Position numbers and translations under genes: made by a program. This document shows positions 38,754 through 47,811 of a stretch of 52,489 bases of DNA, in pieces. The stretch's first letter is position 1. Each line of letters starts with the position of its first letter. A model generated the notes under the pieces. The model searched no databases, was not told the origin of the DNA, and saw only the letters and a list, made by a program, of their open reading frames with translations. Origin of the DNA: a virus (taxonomy: Duplodnaviria > Caudoviricetes); the IMG/VR virus record IMGVR_UViG_3300032242_002525, positions 1-52,489 of that record, one strand, 5' to 3'.

Positions 38754-39428
38754 ATGGCTCAATTTAATGAAACATATGATATAAGCGGCACAGGACCTAG
38801 TCCATTGCAAGTTATGTCACAACAATATCTTAATCAAGCAATCACTAGAAATAGATATGAATACGATAATGAATATGGGTCAACCAATAAAGATGCAATA
38901 TCACCATTAGGTGAAGGACAAAGTGAATATGGCCAAATAGGTAGAATGTCAGATATAAACGAAAGAAATAGTTTAATGGCCACAAACAAATTTGGTGAAA
39001 ACAACCAATATGGTTTATCTAATCCTGCTGCTATATCACCATTGGGTGAAGGTCAAAATGAATATGGACAAATTGGTACATTAACAGATATTAACACTAG
39101 AATAGGCATTGTTAGTGCAAATAGATATGGTGAAAATAACCCATACGGTTCAAATAATAAAGATGCTATATCACCATTAGGTGAAGGTCAAAATTCACAA
39201 ATGCAGGTTGGTAGAACATCAGATATAAATGAAAGAATTGGATTATTAGCATCCAATCAATTTAGTGAAAATAACCCGTATGGCTCAACTAATAAAGCAG
39301 CAATATCACCAATAGGTGAAGGTGAAAATAGCTCAGGTCAAGTTGGTACTTTAATAGATATTAATACTAGAACAACAGTTGTTGCTAAAAATAAATTTAA
39401 CGGTAGTAAAGTTTACCCAGATTTTTAA
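38754..39428 (+). CDS. Tandem-repeat protein (4 x 45 aa)
   Basis: Unit N.(Y/F)...N.YG..N..AISP(L/I)GEG....Q(I/V)G...DIN.R repeated four times. Confidence 0.8.
   Translation: MAQFNETYDISGTGPSPLQVMSQQYLNQAITRNRYEYDNEYGSTNKDAISPLGEGQSEYGQIGRMSDINERNSLMATNKFGENNQYGLSNPAAISPLGEGQNEYGQIGTLTDINTRIGIVSANRYGENNPYGSNNKDAISPLGEGQNSQMQVGRTSDINERIGLLASNQFSENNPYGSTNKAAISPIGEGENSSGQVGTLIDINTRTTVVAKNKFNGSKVYPDF
38850..39389 (+). repeat. Four 135-bp coding tandem repeats (ABAB)
   Basis: ATATCACCA at 38898, 39033, 39168 and 39303, spaced exactly 135 bp. Confidence 0.9.
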
Positions 39429-40222
39429 TGACATCTTTAACCAACATATTATTAAATGAGTTGATGAGTGATAAAAGATTGAATGCTATTCAATTAAAAA
39501 CCACTCAAACAAAGCCAATAGCAGATGCTGTTGTTAATAGGAATCCTATTAGCTTTATGTATTATGGTATAAAAAAAGGTAGAGATAGTGTTAAGCAAGG
39601 TAAAAGAATGAATGTTGAACCTTTTGCAATTGGTATGAGTAAGAAAGGTAAATTATTATTAAGAGCATATGTACCATCGCCAAATACATCCAAAAAAGGA
39701 TTTAACGATGGTAATCATTGGAGAACTTTTCAAATGAGTAATATGCGTAATGTTGTTATCAATACTGAAAGCACATTTGGTGAAAGACCTGGTTATCATC
39801 CTGGTGAAGAAGATAAACGTGGACCAATGGCATCTATATTAGTGTCAACTGATTTTAATGCGGTACCAAAACCAAAGAAACAAGCAAAACCAAAAGCAAC
39901 TAAATTAAAAGTTGCAAAGGAAAAGCCTGTTAAACCTGTTGCTGAACCAGAAGTTAAACCAACTGAGCCAACAGCACAGCCAACTGCGGAACCAACAACA
40001 CCAGAAACATTACCACAACCAACGCCTAAACAAAAACCTTCTGCGACACCGCCGACAGCAAAAACACTAGCGGAGCCAAAACCAGAAGAAACACCAACAC
40101 AGGAACCTGCTGCAGAAGTTCAACCAACAGAACCACCTGCTCCGGAAGTAAATCCTGAAGAAGAAAACAATAACAAACTACAAGAATCTATAAATCGAAT
40201 TAAAACTTTAATGTTATTTTAA
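39428..40222 (+). CDS. WYL-domain protein with Pro/Thr/Glu-rich tail and terminal LQESINRIKTLM helix
   Basis: I.DAV..R..ISFMY..R.NVEPFAIG..LLRAY..WRTF..S.M..V is a WYL-type pattern; there is no HTH. Confidence 0.7.
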   Translation: MTSLTNILLNELMSDKRLNAIQLKTTQTKPIADAVVNRNPISFMYYGIKKGRDSVKQGKRMNVEPFAIGMSKKGKLLLRAYVPSPNTSKKGFNDGNHWRTFQMSNMRNVVINTESTFGERPGYHPGEEDKRGPMASILVSTDFNAVPKPKKQAKPKATKLKVAKEKPVKPVAEPEVKPTEPTAQPTAEPTTPETLPQPTPKQKPSATPPTAKTLAEPKPEETPTQEPAAEVQPTEPPAPEVNPEEENNNKLQESINRIKTLMLF

Positions 40223-40254
40223 TTTAATTTATATTATTAAAAATATTTATCAAT

Positions 40255-40851
40255 ATGTCAGAGCAAGGAAAAGGAGTAATATCACAAAACGATTTAATGC
40301 ACAAATTAGTTCAAGCTAAAAAAGTTATGAATAAAGTTGATGGTGGAAATTACGAAAGAGGACACATAAATGAAAATATCATTAGAAGTGCACCTGAAGA
40401 TATTGATATGTCACAAATACAATCTGCACCAAATGTAAATAGACCTGTGAGTGGTCCTGTAAATGTTGATAGAATTAATAATTCTAAATTACCTGATGCA
40501 ATCAAACAAGCAATGATTAATCATCCAATAGAACAAATGCCATCTATATCTTTAAATGAAACATTAGATATGGATTTTATTAAAGGTGCTAAACGTTTAA
40601 TGGAACAAGAAGGTGTTGCACCATCAAAATCAAATAATACACATCAAAGAGCTTCTGTACCAATGTCATCTAATATTGACATGAATGCATTATCAGTTCT
40701 AATTGAAAATACTGTTCGTAAGGTTATGGATGAAAAATTAAATCAAATTCTTACCGCACAACAAACCCAATCTATGAATGAAAGTTTAGTACTTAAGGTT
40801 GGTGATTCTATATTCAAAGGAAAAATTACTGGCGTAAATAAATCAAAGTAA
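40255..40851 (+). CDS. Hypothetical protein, probable head/core protein
   Basis: TATTTAT 4 nt upstream; repeated INE/LNE/MNE sites. Confidence 0.65.
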   Translation: MSEQGKGVISQNDLMHKLVQAKKVMNKVDGGNYERGHINENIIRSAPEDIDMSQIQSAPNVNRPVSGPVNVDRINNSKLPDAIKQAMINHPIEQMPSISLNETLDMDFIKGAKRLMEQEGVAPSKSNNTHQRASVPMSSNIDMNALSVLIENTVRKVMDEKLNQILTAQQTQSMNESLVLKVGDSIFKGKITGVNKSK

Positions 40852-40900
40852 TTTTGTTTTTTAAAAAAAATTTCGTATCATTAGACTATAATGAAATGTA

Positions 40901-42121
40901 ATGTCTAAGATAAGAGTTTTAGTTGTACCCCCAGATAAGCACGGCGTTGGTAAATTTAGGATGAATGATCCATATATCTATATTCAAGATAATTATCTTG
41001 ATGATTTCCAAATAGATATAAATTTTGAAGTACCGTCTAGTAATGAGTTTTTTTTAAATTACGATATTGTAATATTCCATAGCTTTATTCACCCAACAAC
41101 CCATGAAGAAAATTTACAAAGAATTTCTTGGTTGAAGAATAGAGGTATAAAAGTTATTATGGATATCGATGATTTATGGTTTGTTGATCAAAGACATCCA
41201 ATGTATGCGCATGTTAAAGCAAATAAAATCGGTGAAAAGAAAGTTGAATTTTTAAAAGCAGCTGATTACATCACAACAACTACACCAATTTTTGCTAATA
41301 CAATAAAAACTAAATTAAAATTAACAAATGTTTCTGTATTTCCTAATGCAGTAAATGAAGACGAGCCACAATTCAAAAGTAATCCAATAAAATCTGATAA
41401 AATTAGATTTGGTTGGTTAGGCGGTTCATCACATTTACATGATATCGATTTAATGAAACAAGGTATTTCTTCAATACATAACGAATTTAAAAATAAAATT
41501 CAATTTGTTTTATGTGGATTCGATTTAAGAGGTAATGTTCATGAAATTGACCAAACAACAGGTCAAGTTAGACAAAGACCAATTCAACCATTGGAAACTG
41601 TTTGGTACCAATACGAAAGAATATTCACTGATGATTATAAAACATTAGATGATGTATATAAAAAATATTTAATGGGTTTCCAACAGATTCCTTTTAATGA
41701 TTTAGATATGCCATATAGAAGAGTTTGGACACAAGAAATTACGAAATATGCTAGTAATTATAATACCTTTGATGTATCATTGGCACCATTAGTTGAAACA
41801 GAATTCAATGCTAATAAATCACAATTAAAAGTAATTGAAGCTGGTTTCCATAAAAAGGCTATTATTGCAAGTGAAACCGTGCCATATACGTTAGATTTAA
41901 TTTCAGCTGTTAATGAAGGTAAATTTAATGATAAAGGTAATGCCTTATTAGTTGGTCCTAAAAAGAACCATAAAGATTGGGCAAAACATATGAAACGTTT
42001 GGTTGAAAATCCTAATATGATTGAAGACCTTGGAAATCGTTTATATGAAACAGTTAAAGACACATACTCGTTAAAAAAAGTATGTCAAGATAGAGTACAA
42101 TTTTTAAAAACAATAAAATAA
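40901..42121 (+). CDS. Glycosyltransferase, GT-B fold (GT4-like)
   Basis: GVGKFRM..P, MDIDDLW, ADYITTTT, VFPNAV, FGWLGGSSH..D and DVSLAPL..FN..KSQLKVIEAG. Confidence 0.88.
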   Translation: MSKIRVLVVPPDKHGVGKFRMNDPYIYIQDNYLDDFQIDINFEVPSSNEFFLNYDIVIFHSFIHPTTHEENLQRISWLKNRGIKVIMDIDDLWFVDQRHPMYAHVKANKIGEKKVEFLKAADYITTTTPIFANTIKTKLKLTNVSVFPNAVNEDEPQFKSNPIKSDKIRFGWLGGSSHLHDIDLMKQGISSIHNEFKNKIQFVLCGFDLRGNVHEIDQTTGQVRQRPIQPLETVWYQYERIFTDDYKTLDDVYKKYLMGFQQIPFNDLDMPYRRVWTQEITKYASNYNTFDVSLAPLVETEFNANKSQLKVIEAGFHKKAIIASETVPYTLDLISAVNEGKFNDKGNALLVGPKKNHKDWAKHMKRLVENPNMIEDLGNRLYETVKDTYSLKKVCQDRVQFLKTIK

Positions 42122-42127
42122 AACAAC

Positions 42128-42364
42128 ATGTATTATTTAGTAACTATCGGTTATGAAACCGAACAAATGGACAGAGAAGGAAATCCACGTATTAAAAAAG
42201 TAAAATACGTATTACAAGCTGAATCAGTAGAAGAAGCTACAATTGTTGCCGCTAATTATCGTTCTGGTGATATTAGAGGTAGTGAAAGTTTAAGCGTCGT
42301 TAAAATGCCAATTGAGTGCGTTATCGATGAAAAAAACACACCAGAATATTACAAAAGTAAATAA
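42128..42364 (+). CDS. DUF4494-like small protein
   Basis: YYLVTIGYE..EG..KKVKYVLQAESVEEA resembles the Bacteroidota-associated DUF4494 pattern (recalled, not searched). Confidence 0.5.
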   Translation: MYYLVTIGYETEQMDREGNPRIKKVKYVLQAESVEEATIVAANYRSGDIRGSESLSVVKMPIECVIDEKNTPEYYKSK

Positions 42365-42380
42365 TAATTAAAACCAATAG

Positions 42381-42599
42381 ATGGAATTTTATAGCAAGGA
42401 TATACAAATAATGAGGCAATCACAAAGTAAACTTGCTGTAGAGTATATTTCATCTATTGGTATTACTATTAGTGTTGAAGAATTACAAAGAATAACGGAT
42501 ATTTTAGTTGAGTGTTGTTTACGACCTCAAGATGATGCTTTAAAAAATAGAATTAAAGCGTTAGATAAATGGATAGAAGAAAAGAAACAAAATGGATAA
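42381..42599 (+). CDS. Hypothetical protein
   Basis: 72-aa ORF in the operon, overlapping the dut start. Confidence 0.7.
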   Translation: MEFYSKDIQIMRQSQSKLAVEYISSIGITISVEELQRITDILVECCLRPQDDALKNRIKALDKWIEEKKQNG

Positions 42600-43194
42600 C
42601 AAAGAATTAGAAGAATACTTAAAGCAATTAAAAGAATTTGAAGAAGAAATAAATTCTGATAAACCTATTGACGAAGATTTCTTTAAACAAGTTGATACTT
42701 TAATTGGCACAATATCAAAAGATTTAGGTTCAACACAATCAGTTGACACATCAGGTGTGCTTGATGGTACATTAGTTAAAGTTAAAAGATTAAATCCAAA
42801 TGCGGTTATACCACATTATTCAAAAGCTGGTGATGCAGGTATGGATTTAACAATCACAAGTATTGTTGAAAATACATCATTTAGTGTTTCTTATGGATTT
42901 GGTATTGCAATGGAGATTCCACAAAATTTTGTTGGATTAATTTTCCCAAGATCATCGGTTAGAAATCAAGATTTAATATTATCAAATTGTGTTGGCGTAA
43001 TCGATAGCGGTTATAGAGGCGAAATTCAAGCTACATTTAAGAAAACTAATGGTTTAGACTCATTAGCTTATAAAGTAGGTGATAGAGGCGCTCAAATCCT
43101 TATTTTACCTTACCCAACAATATATATGACCGAAGTACCTGAATTATCGAATTCAGAAAGAGGTACAGGCGGGTTTGGAAGTACTGGTTTATAG
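42592..43194 (+). CDS. dut: Trimeric dUTPase with acidic N-terminal extension
   Basis: Motifs AGMDL, PRSS, GVIDSGYRGEI, GDRGAQ and RGTGGFGSTG. Confidence 0.95.
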   Translation: MDNKELEEYLKQLKEFEEEINSDKPIDEDFFKQVDTLIGTISKDLGSTQSVDTSGVLDGTLVKVKRLNPNAVIPHYSKAGDAGMDLTITSIVENTSFSVSYGFGIAMEIPQNFVGLIFPRSSVRNQDLILSNCVGVIDSGYRGEIQATFKKTNGLDSLAYKVGDRGAQILILPYPTIYMTEVPELSNSERGTGGFGSTGL

Positions 43195-43246
43195 ATAAAT
43201 TAATGATATTTATAAACAATAAACGGAACAATTAAAACTATCAATT

Positions 43247-43975
43247 TTGGCATATAAAGCAAAAACCAAAAGTCCCCAACCACCCGTATTAGTAGAAGAT
43301 AAGAAGATATCACATAAAGATAGAATTAGACAAATCATCAAACGCCCTAAAGAAAAATTCCTTACAAAGAACCAAGAAGAATATTGGAGAATCCTTGGTG
43401 AAAATCAAATTACATTATGTTTTGGTCCTGCGGGTGTTGGTAAGTCATATATTGCTATGAAGCGTGCTGTAGACCTATTATATGACGATTCTAACAAGTT
43501 TGAGAAGATTATTATAGTTAGACCTGCAGTTGAAGCTGAAGAGAAATTAGGTTCACTTCCTGGGGGTTTAGAAGAAAAATTAGACCCATACATTTATCCA
43601 TCATATTATCTTTTAAATAAGATTATTGGTAAAGAAGCTAGAGAAGAATTAAAAGACCAAGGTTATATTGAAGTTGCTGCTTTGGCATATATGAGAGGTT
43701 GGAACGTAGACAATACAATCCTTGTTTTTGAAGAAGCACAAAATGCTACTCCTGCGCAAATTAAGTTATTGTTAACACGTATTGGTTTTAATTCAAAATT
43801 CTTCTTATCGGGTGACCTTGAACAATCTGACAAATATAGAGACAAAACAAAATCAGGTCTTTATGATGCAAAGAAAAGATTGCAAGATGTTAAAGGAATT
43901 GGCATATTTGAATTTGGTAACCAAGATATTGTGAGAAATCCAATTATTGGTGAAATTTTGAATAGGTACGATTAA
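43247..43975 (+). CDS. phoH: PhoH-family ATPase
   Basis: GPAGVGKS, RPAVEAEEKLGSLPG, AYMRG, EEAQN, LTRIG, GDLEQSD and DIVRNP. Confidence 0.95.
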   Translation: MAYKAKTKSPQPPVLVEDKKISHKDRIRQIIKRPKEKFLTKNQEEYWRILGENQITLCFGPAGVGKSYIAMKRAVDLLYDDSNKFEKIIIVRPAVEAEEKLGSLPGGLEEKLDPYIYPSYYLLNKIIGKEAREELKDQGYIEVAALAYMRGWNVDNTILVFEEAQNATPAQIKLLLTRIGFNSKFFLSGDLEQSDKYRDKTKSGLYDAKKRLQDVKGIGIFEFGNQDIVRNPIIGEILNRYD

Positions 43976-44013
43976 CCTTTACTTATTGTTATTCTAAGGT
44001 TATATTTTCCAAT

Positions 44014-44664
44014 ATGGAAATATACATTAGCATTGACGGTGTTTTAAGAAACACTATACAAAAATTTGATTACCATTACCAAGACGCGTATTTAAATTCT
44101 GAAATTGAAGGCGAAGAAACTTTTGAATATAATATTCAAGGTGACGTCCAAAATGATAATTTATTAAATTATTATAAATTTCAATCACAAGAAGAATTTG
44201 AATATTTTACATTCATTGAATATCCTATTGAAATTTTTGGTCATGCTGGATTAAGTTATTCAACTACATTTACTGATTTACATAAAATTATCTTCGATAA
44301 TAAAGAACATAATTTTACACTTATTGGTTTAGATGAATTAGGTAAAGCTAAACCAGCAACATTATTCTTTTTATCAAAAAATGGTTTTTTAGGTAACAAC
44401 ATCAAATTTTCAAGAACAGAAAATATTGATGAGCTATGGAACCAATGTGATATGTGGATTACGGATAATAAAAATATCATCAACGCTTGTCCTGAAAATA
44501 AAATTGCCTACAAATTTAATACCACTTATAATCAATACTTTACTAATAATAAAGAAATATCTAAATTATCTGAAATAACAGAATTATGGTCGAATTCCTT
44601 GGAAAATACTACTACATCGATCTTGACGAAATCACAGACAAATGTAGAACCGGAAACAAAATAA
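44014..44664 (+). CDS. HAD-superfamily 5'(3')-nucleotidase-like protein (degenerate motif I)
   Basis: IYISIDGVLRN (first Asp replaced by Ser), T.FFL, WITDN and F...YN. Confidence 0.6.
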   Translation: MEIYISIDGVLRNTIQKFDYHYQDAYLNSEIEGEETFEYNIQGDVQNDNLLNYYKFQSQEEFEYFTFIEYPIEIFGHAGLSYSTTFTDLHKIIFDNKEHNFTLIGLDELGKAKPATLFFLSKNGFLGNNIKFSRTENIDELWNQCDMWITDNKNIINACPENKIAYKFNTTYNQYFTNNKEISKLSEITELWSNSLENTTTSILTKSQTNVEPETK

Positions 44665-44867
44665 TTGAAGAAGATAGCGAAGACGCGCTTGAAGTAAATA
44701 TTTTCAAATATGAAGTTATTAAAATGTGTCTAGAAACTGTTTTATCTGAAATTCGCGAAGTTGATGAAGAGCTAGGTGCTTTTGGTAATAAAGATACCAC
44801 AATAGCATTTAAATTAGCTTTCAACACACTAATAAAAAACAATATTTTAAAAGAAGAAGATGAATAA
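44586..44867 (+). CDS. Hypothetical acidic protein
   Basis: 93-aa ORF overlapping both neighbours; plausible composition. Confidence 0.7.
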   Translation: MVEFLGKYYYIDLDEITDKCRTGNKIIEEDSEDALEVNIFKYEVIKMCLETVLSEIREVDEELGAFGNKDTTIAFKLAFNTLIKNNILKEEDE

Positions 44868-45930
44868 AGAAAACATAGAAAAATTAGAACTTGCATTAGG
44901 TAGAATTTTAAATGACGAAAATGTTATTTATTTTTTAGTCTATGACACAAAAAATAATCCAAGAGCATCTGTTAAATACATTTATGATTTAGCACTTACT
45001 TTAAAAGCAAATGGTAAAAATGCTAAAATTTTAGTTGAGGATAGTACATATACTGGCGTTGAAAGTTGGTTAGGTGATACATATACAACGCTTGAAGTAT
45101 TATCAATTAAAGACGTTAAAATTGACCTTAATTTAGACGATATTATTGTTATCCCAGAGTACTATTCAAATATTTTACAACAAATGTCAAATGTTAGATG
45201 TACTAAAGTAATGTTAATACAACAAAAGGAATATATGTTTGAAACATTACCAATTGGTAGCAGATATAGTGATTATGGTTTTGATAGAATTATCACAACA
45301 ACTAATTCGGCTAAAAAATATATACAAGAATATTTCCCAGAATCACTTGTGTTTATTATACCACCAATCATTAGTGATAATTTTAAACCAATTGAAACAC
45401 CTAGAAAACCTTTGATTGCTATTAGTTGTCGCGATAGAGTTATAAACAAAAAAATTATCTCTGAATTTTATTTGAAATTCCCACAATTAAGATGGATTAC
45501 ATTTAGAGATATGGTACAAACATCATATGATGAATTTGCAACTAATTTAAATGAATGTATTGCATCCGTTTGGGTTGATGATGAGTCTACATTTGGTACA
45601 TTCCCATTAGAATCAATGAAATCTAATGTTCCGGTAATTGGTAAAATTCCAAAAACTGAACCTGATTGGTTATCTGAAAATGGTATGTGGACATACGATG
45701 AAAATAAAATCGTTGAAATATTAGGTACATATGTTTTAGCTTGGTTAGAAGGTGTTGAAATCGGAGATGATGTTAAAGAAAAAATGGTTGAAACTCTTTT
45801 ACCTTATGATACCGAAAAAACAAAAGAAGATATTTCATCAATATTTGCATCAATAAATAATAAAAGGAAAGAATCAATTGAAAAAGCAATTGATAACTTA
45901 AAACAAGAAGTTGAAACTGAAACAGAATAA
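44860..45930 (+). CDS. Glycosyltransferase, GT-B fold (divergent GT4-like)
   Basis: KYIYDLALTL..NG, DIIVIPE and ESTFGTFPLESM..VPVIG (variant of EGFGLPPLEAM). Confidence 0.75.
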   Translation: MNKENIEKLELALGRILNDENVIYFLVYDTKNNPRASVKYIYDLALTLKANGKNAKILVEDSTYTGVESWLGDTYTTLEVLSIKDVKIDLNLDDIIVIPEYYSNILQQMSNVRCTKVMLIQQKEYMFETLPIGSRYSDYGFDRIITTTNSAKKYIQEYFPESLVFIIPPIISDNFKPIETPRKPLIAISCRDRVINKKIISEFYLKFPQLRWITFRDMVQTSYDEFATNLNECIASVWVDDESTFGTFPLESMKSNVPVIGKIPKTEPDWLSENGMWTYDENKIVEILGTYVLAWLEGVEIGDDVKEKMVETLLPYDTEKTKEDISSIFASINNKRKESIEKAIDNLKQEVETETE

Positions 45931-46720
45931 TATGAAAAAAACAACAATTATATTACCAATACATAAATTAGAAGGCATATACGTTGATATGTTCCTAAAT
46001 GCGTTAGCTTCTGTTCAACCTTTTTACGAAGAAGTTAAATTAGTAATAGTTTGCCCTAATGAAGTAAAGTTAATTGTAGAATCAATTGATTTAGGTGAAA
46101 ATAAATTAGAAATTATTTTCCAAATAAATAATGGTCAAACAGATTTTTGTAGCCAAGTAAATTTAGGTATTGATAATACGGATACTGAATGGTTTTCAAT
46201 TTTAGAAATTGACGATGAATACACACCAATTTGGCTTAAGTCAATGAATGAATATGTTAATACATATTCTGATGTGGATGTGTTTTTACCAATCACAAAA
46301 GACGTAACAGATGAAGGTAAATTTTTAAGTTTTGTTAACGAATCAGTTTGGGCATATGGGTTTTCTGAAAACCAAGGATATTTAGATAATGAAGTTTTAT
46401 TAGATTTTCAAAACTACCAAACAAGTGGCGCATTGTATAGAACTGAAGTGATTAAAGAACAAGGTAAGCTAAAGGAAAATATCAAATTAACATTTAGCTA
46501 TGAATTTTTATTAAGACTTACACATAATGGCGTAAAAATTATGACCGTTCCAAAAATTGGTTATCAACATGTTACGTTAAGAGATGATTCATTATTTGCT
46601 TTATATCAAGATGATGAAACACTTAAATTAAGTGAAAAAGAAGTTAAGTTTTGGTTAGAAACCGCAAAGAAAGAATTTTTCTTTAAAAATAAACGAGATA
46701 TTACTTACACCGAAGCATAA
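45911..46720 (+). CDS. Glycosyltransferase family 2 (GT-A)
   Basis: TTIILPIH, N.GI....TEWFSILEIDD and YEFLLRL...G.KI..VPK..Y.H; true start may be ATG 45932. Confidence 0.8.
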   Translation: MKLKQNNMKKTTIILPIHKLEGIYVDMFLNALASVQPFYEEVKLVIVCPNEVKLIVESIDLGENKLEIIFQINNGQTDFCSQVNLGIDNTDTEWFSILEIDDEYTPIWLKSMNEYVNTYSDVDVFLPITKDVTDEGKFLSFVNESVWAYGFSENQGYLDNEVLLDFQNYQTSGALYRTEVIKEQGKLKENIKLTFSYEFLLRLTHNGVKIMTVPKIGYQHVTLRDDSLFALYQDDETLKLSEKEVKFWLETAKKEFFFKNKRDITYTEA

Positions 46721-47419
46721 ATGCCGAGAAAAAGAACCCAAAAAATTTACTTTGGTGAGGATCAAGAGAAGGCGGTAGTCGACTATCTTAGTAGTTCAGA
46801 CGAAGCAGAAAGAAACAAGATATTCAACGAATATTTACGAGAACCCTTAATCATCATGGTGGAAAGTATTATCCGCCGTTATAAATTGTATAGAAAAGAT
46901 ATGGAATTCGATGAAATTCATACCGATACCATGTCTTTTTTAATTACAAAAATAAACAAATTTGACCCAACGGCTAACCATAAAGCCTATTCTTACTTCG
47001 GTACAATATGTAAGAATTATTTAATGGGTGCAATTCAAAAAGATACGAAAGAACAAAATCGCCAAGTTTCTTATGATGATATATCATCTGATATAGAAGA
47101 AAGAAATGATTTAACATATGTTATTGACGAATTTGTTATTGATTATCGAGATGTTATTATTAAATTAACCATCTCCTTGGAAAACTTTATGGAGGCTGAA
47201 AACTTAACCGAAAATGAACAAAAATTAGGTTATGCTTTATTAGAGATTTTTAGCAATTTTGATACAATCTTCCAGGTTGGTGAAGGTAATAAATTTAACA
47301 AAAACCTCATACTACTCTCATTACGAGAAATGACCTCATTATCAACAAAAGAGATCAGGATATCTTTAAAACGCTTTAAAAAGATGTATGATGGTATTTT
47401 GGCAGGATTTTTAGAATAA
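46721..47419 (+). CDS. Phage sigma factor (sigma70 region 2; T4 gp55-like late sigma)
   Basis: YF..E.AV..Y..RNKIF and KINKFDPTANHKAYSYFGTICKNYL (region 2.3/2.4-like), with a C-terminal HTH-like LREMTSLSTKEI. Confidence 0.7.
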   Translation: MPRKRTQKIYFGEDQEKAVVDYLSSSDEAERNKIFNEYLREPLIIMVESIIRRYKLYRKDMEFDEIHTDTMSFLITKINKFDPTANHKAYSYFGTICKNYLMGAIQKDTKEQNRQVSYDDISSDIEERNDLTYVIDEFVIDYRDVIIKLTISLENFMEAENLTENEQKLGYALLEIFSNFDTIFQVGEGNKFNKNLILLSLREMTSLSTKEIRISLKRFKKMYDGILAGFLE

Positions 47420-47433
47420 ATCTATTTATTGAT

Positions 47434-47811
47434 ATGAGACACCAAAGAAACAACATTAGTTTAGACGTAGAATCTGCTCTAGCTTTAATGCAAGAGATCT
47501 ACAACGATATTGTGGAAAACCGCAATACAGCCTCTATTATCATGAAAAAAATGCTTACTTTCATGAAGGATGCTGAAGACATGAGTACAATTGGTCCGGT
47601 AATTAAGGAACAACAAAAAGTTTTAAACGAACTTACTGAAAAGAAAATTTCATTAGTTAAGTTACAAGGTGCGTTATTAAAACAAACCCAAGGTGCAGGT
47701 GGAAAAGGTATGCCAATGGGTAAATTAGAATTATCTGATGAAGATAGAGAATTATTGGACAAAATGATAAATGATGGTTCCGATAAAAGCAACGCAAGTT
47801 ATTCAATATAA
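47434..47811 (+). CDS. Hypothetical coiled-coil protein
   Basis: 125-aa helical ORF with TATTTAT 4 nt upstream. Confidence 0.7.
   Translation: MRHQRNNISLDVESALALMQEIYNDIVENRNTASIIMKKMLTFMKDAEDMSTIGPVIKEQQKVLNELTEKKISLVKLQGALLKQTQGAGGKGMPMGKLELSDEDRELLDKMINDGSDKSNASYSI

Noticed and set aside
38850-39389. Regularly spaced repeats as a possible CRISPR array or DGR template/variable pair
   Set aside because: The repeats are in-frame 135-bp coding units with synonymous divergence, no unique spacers and no adenine-specific mismatch pattern; there is no cas or reverse transcriptase gene in the window.
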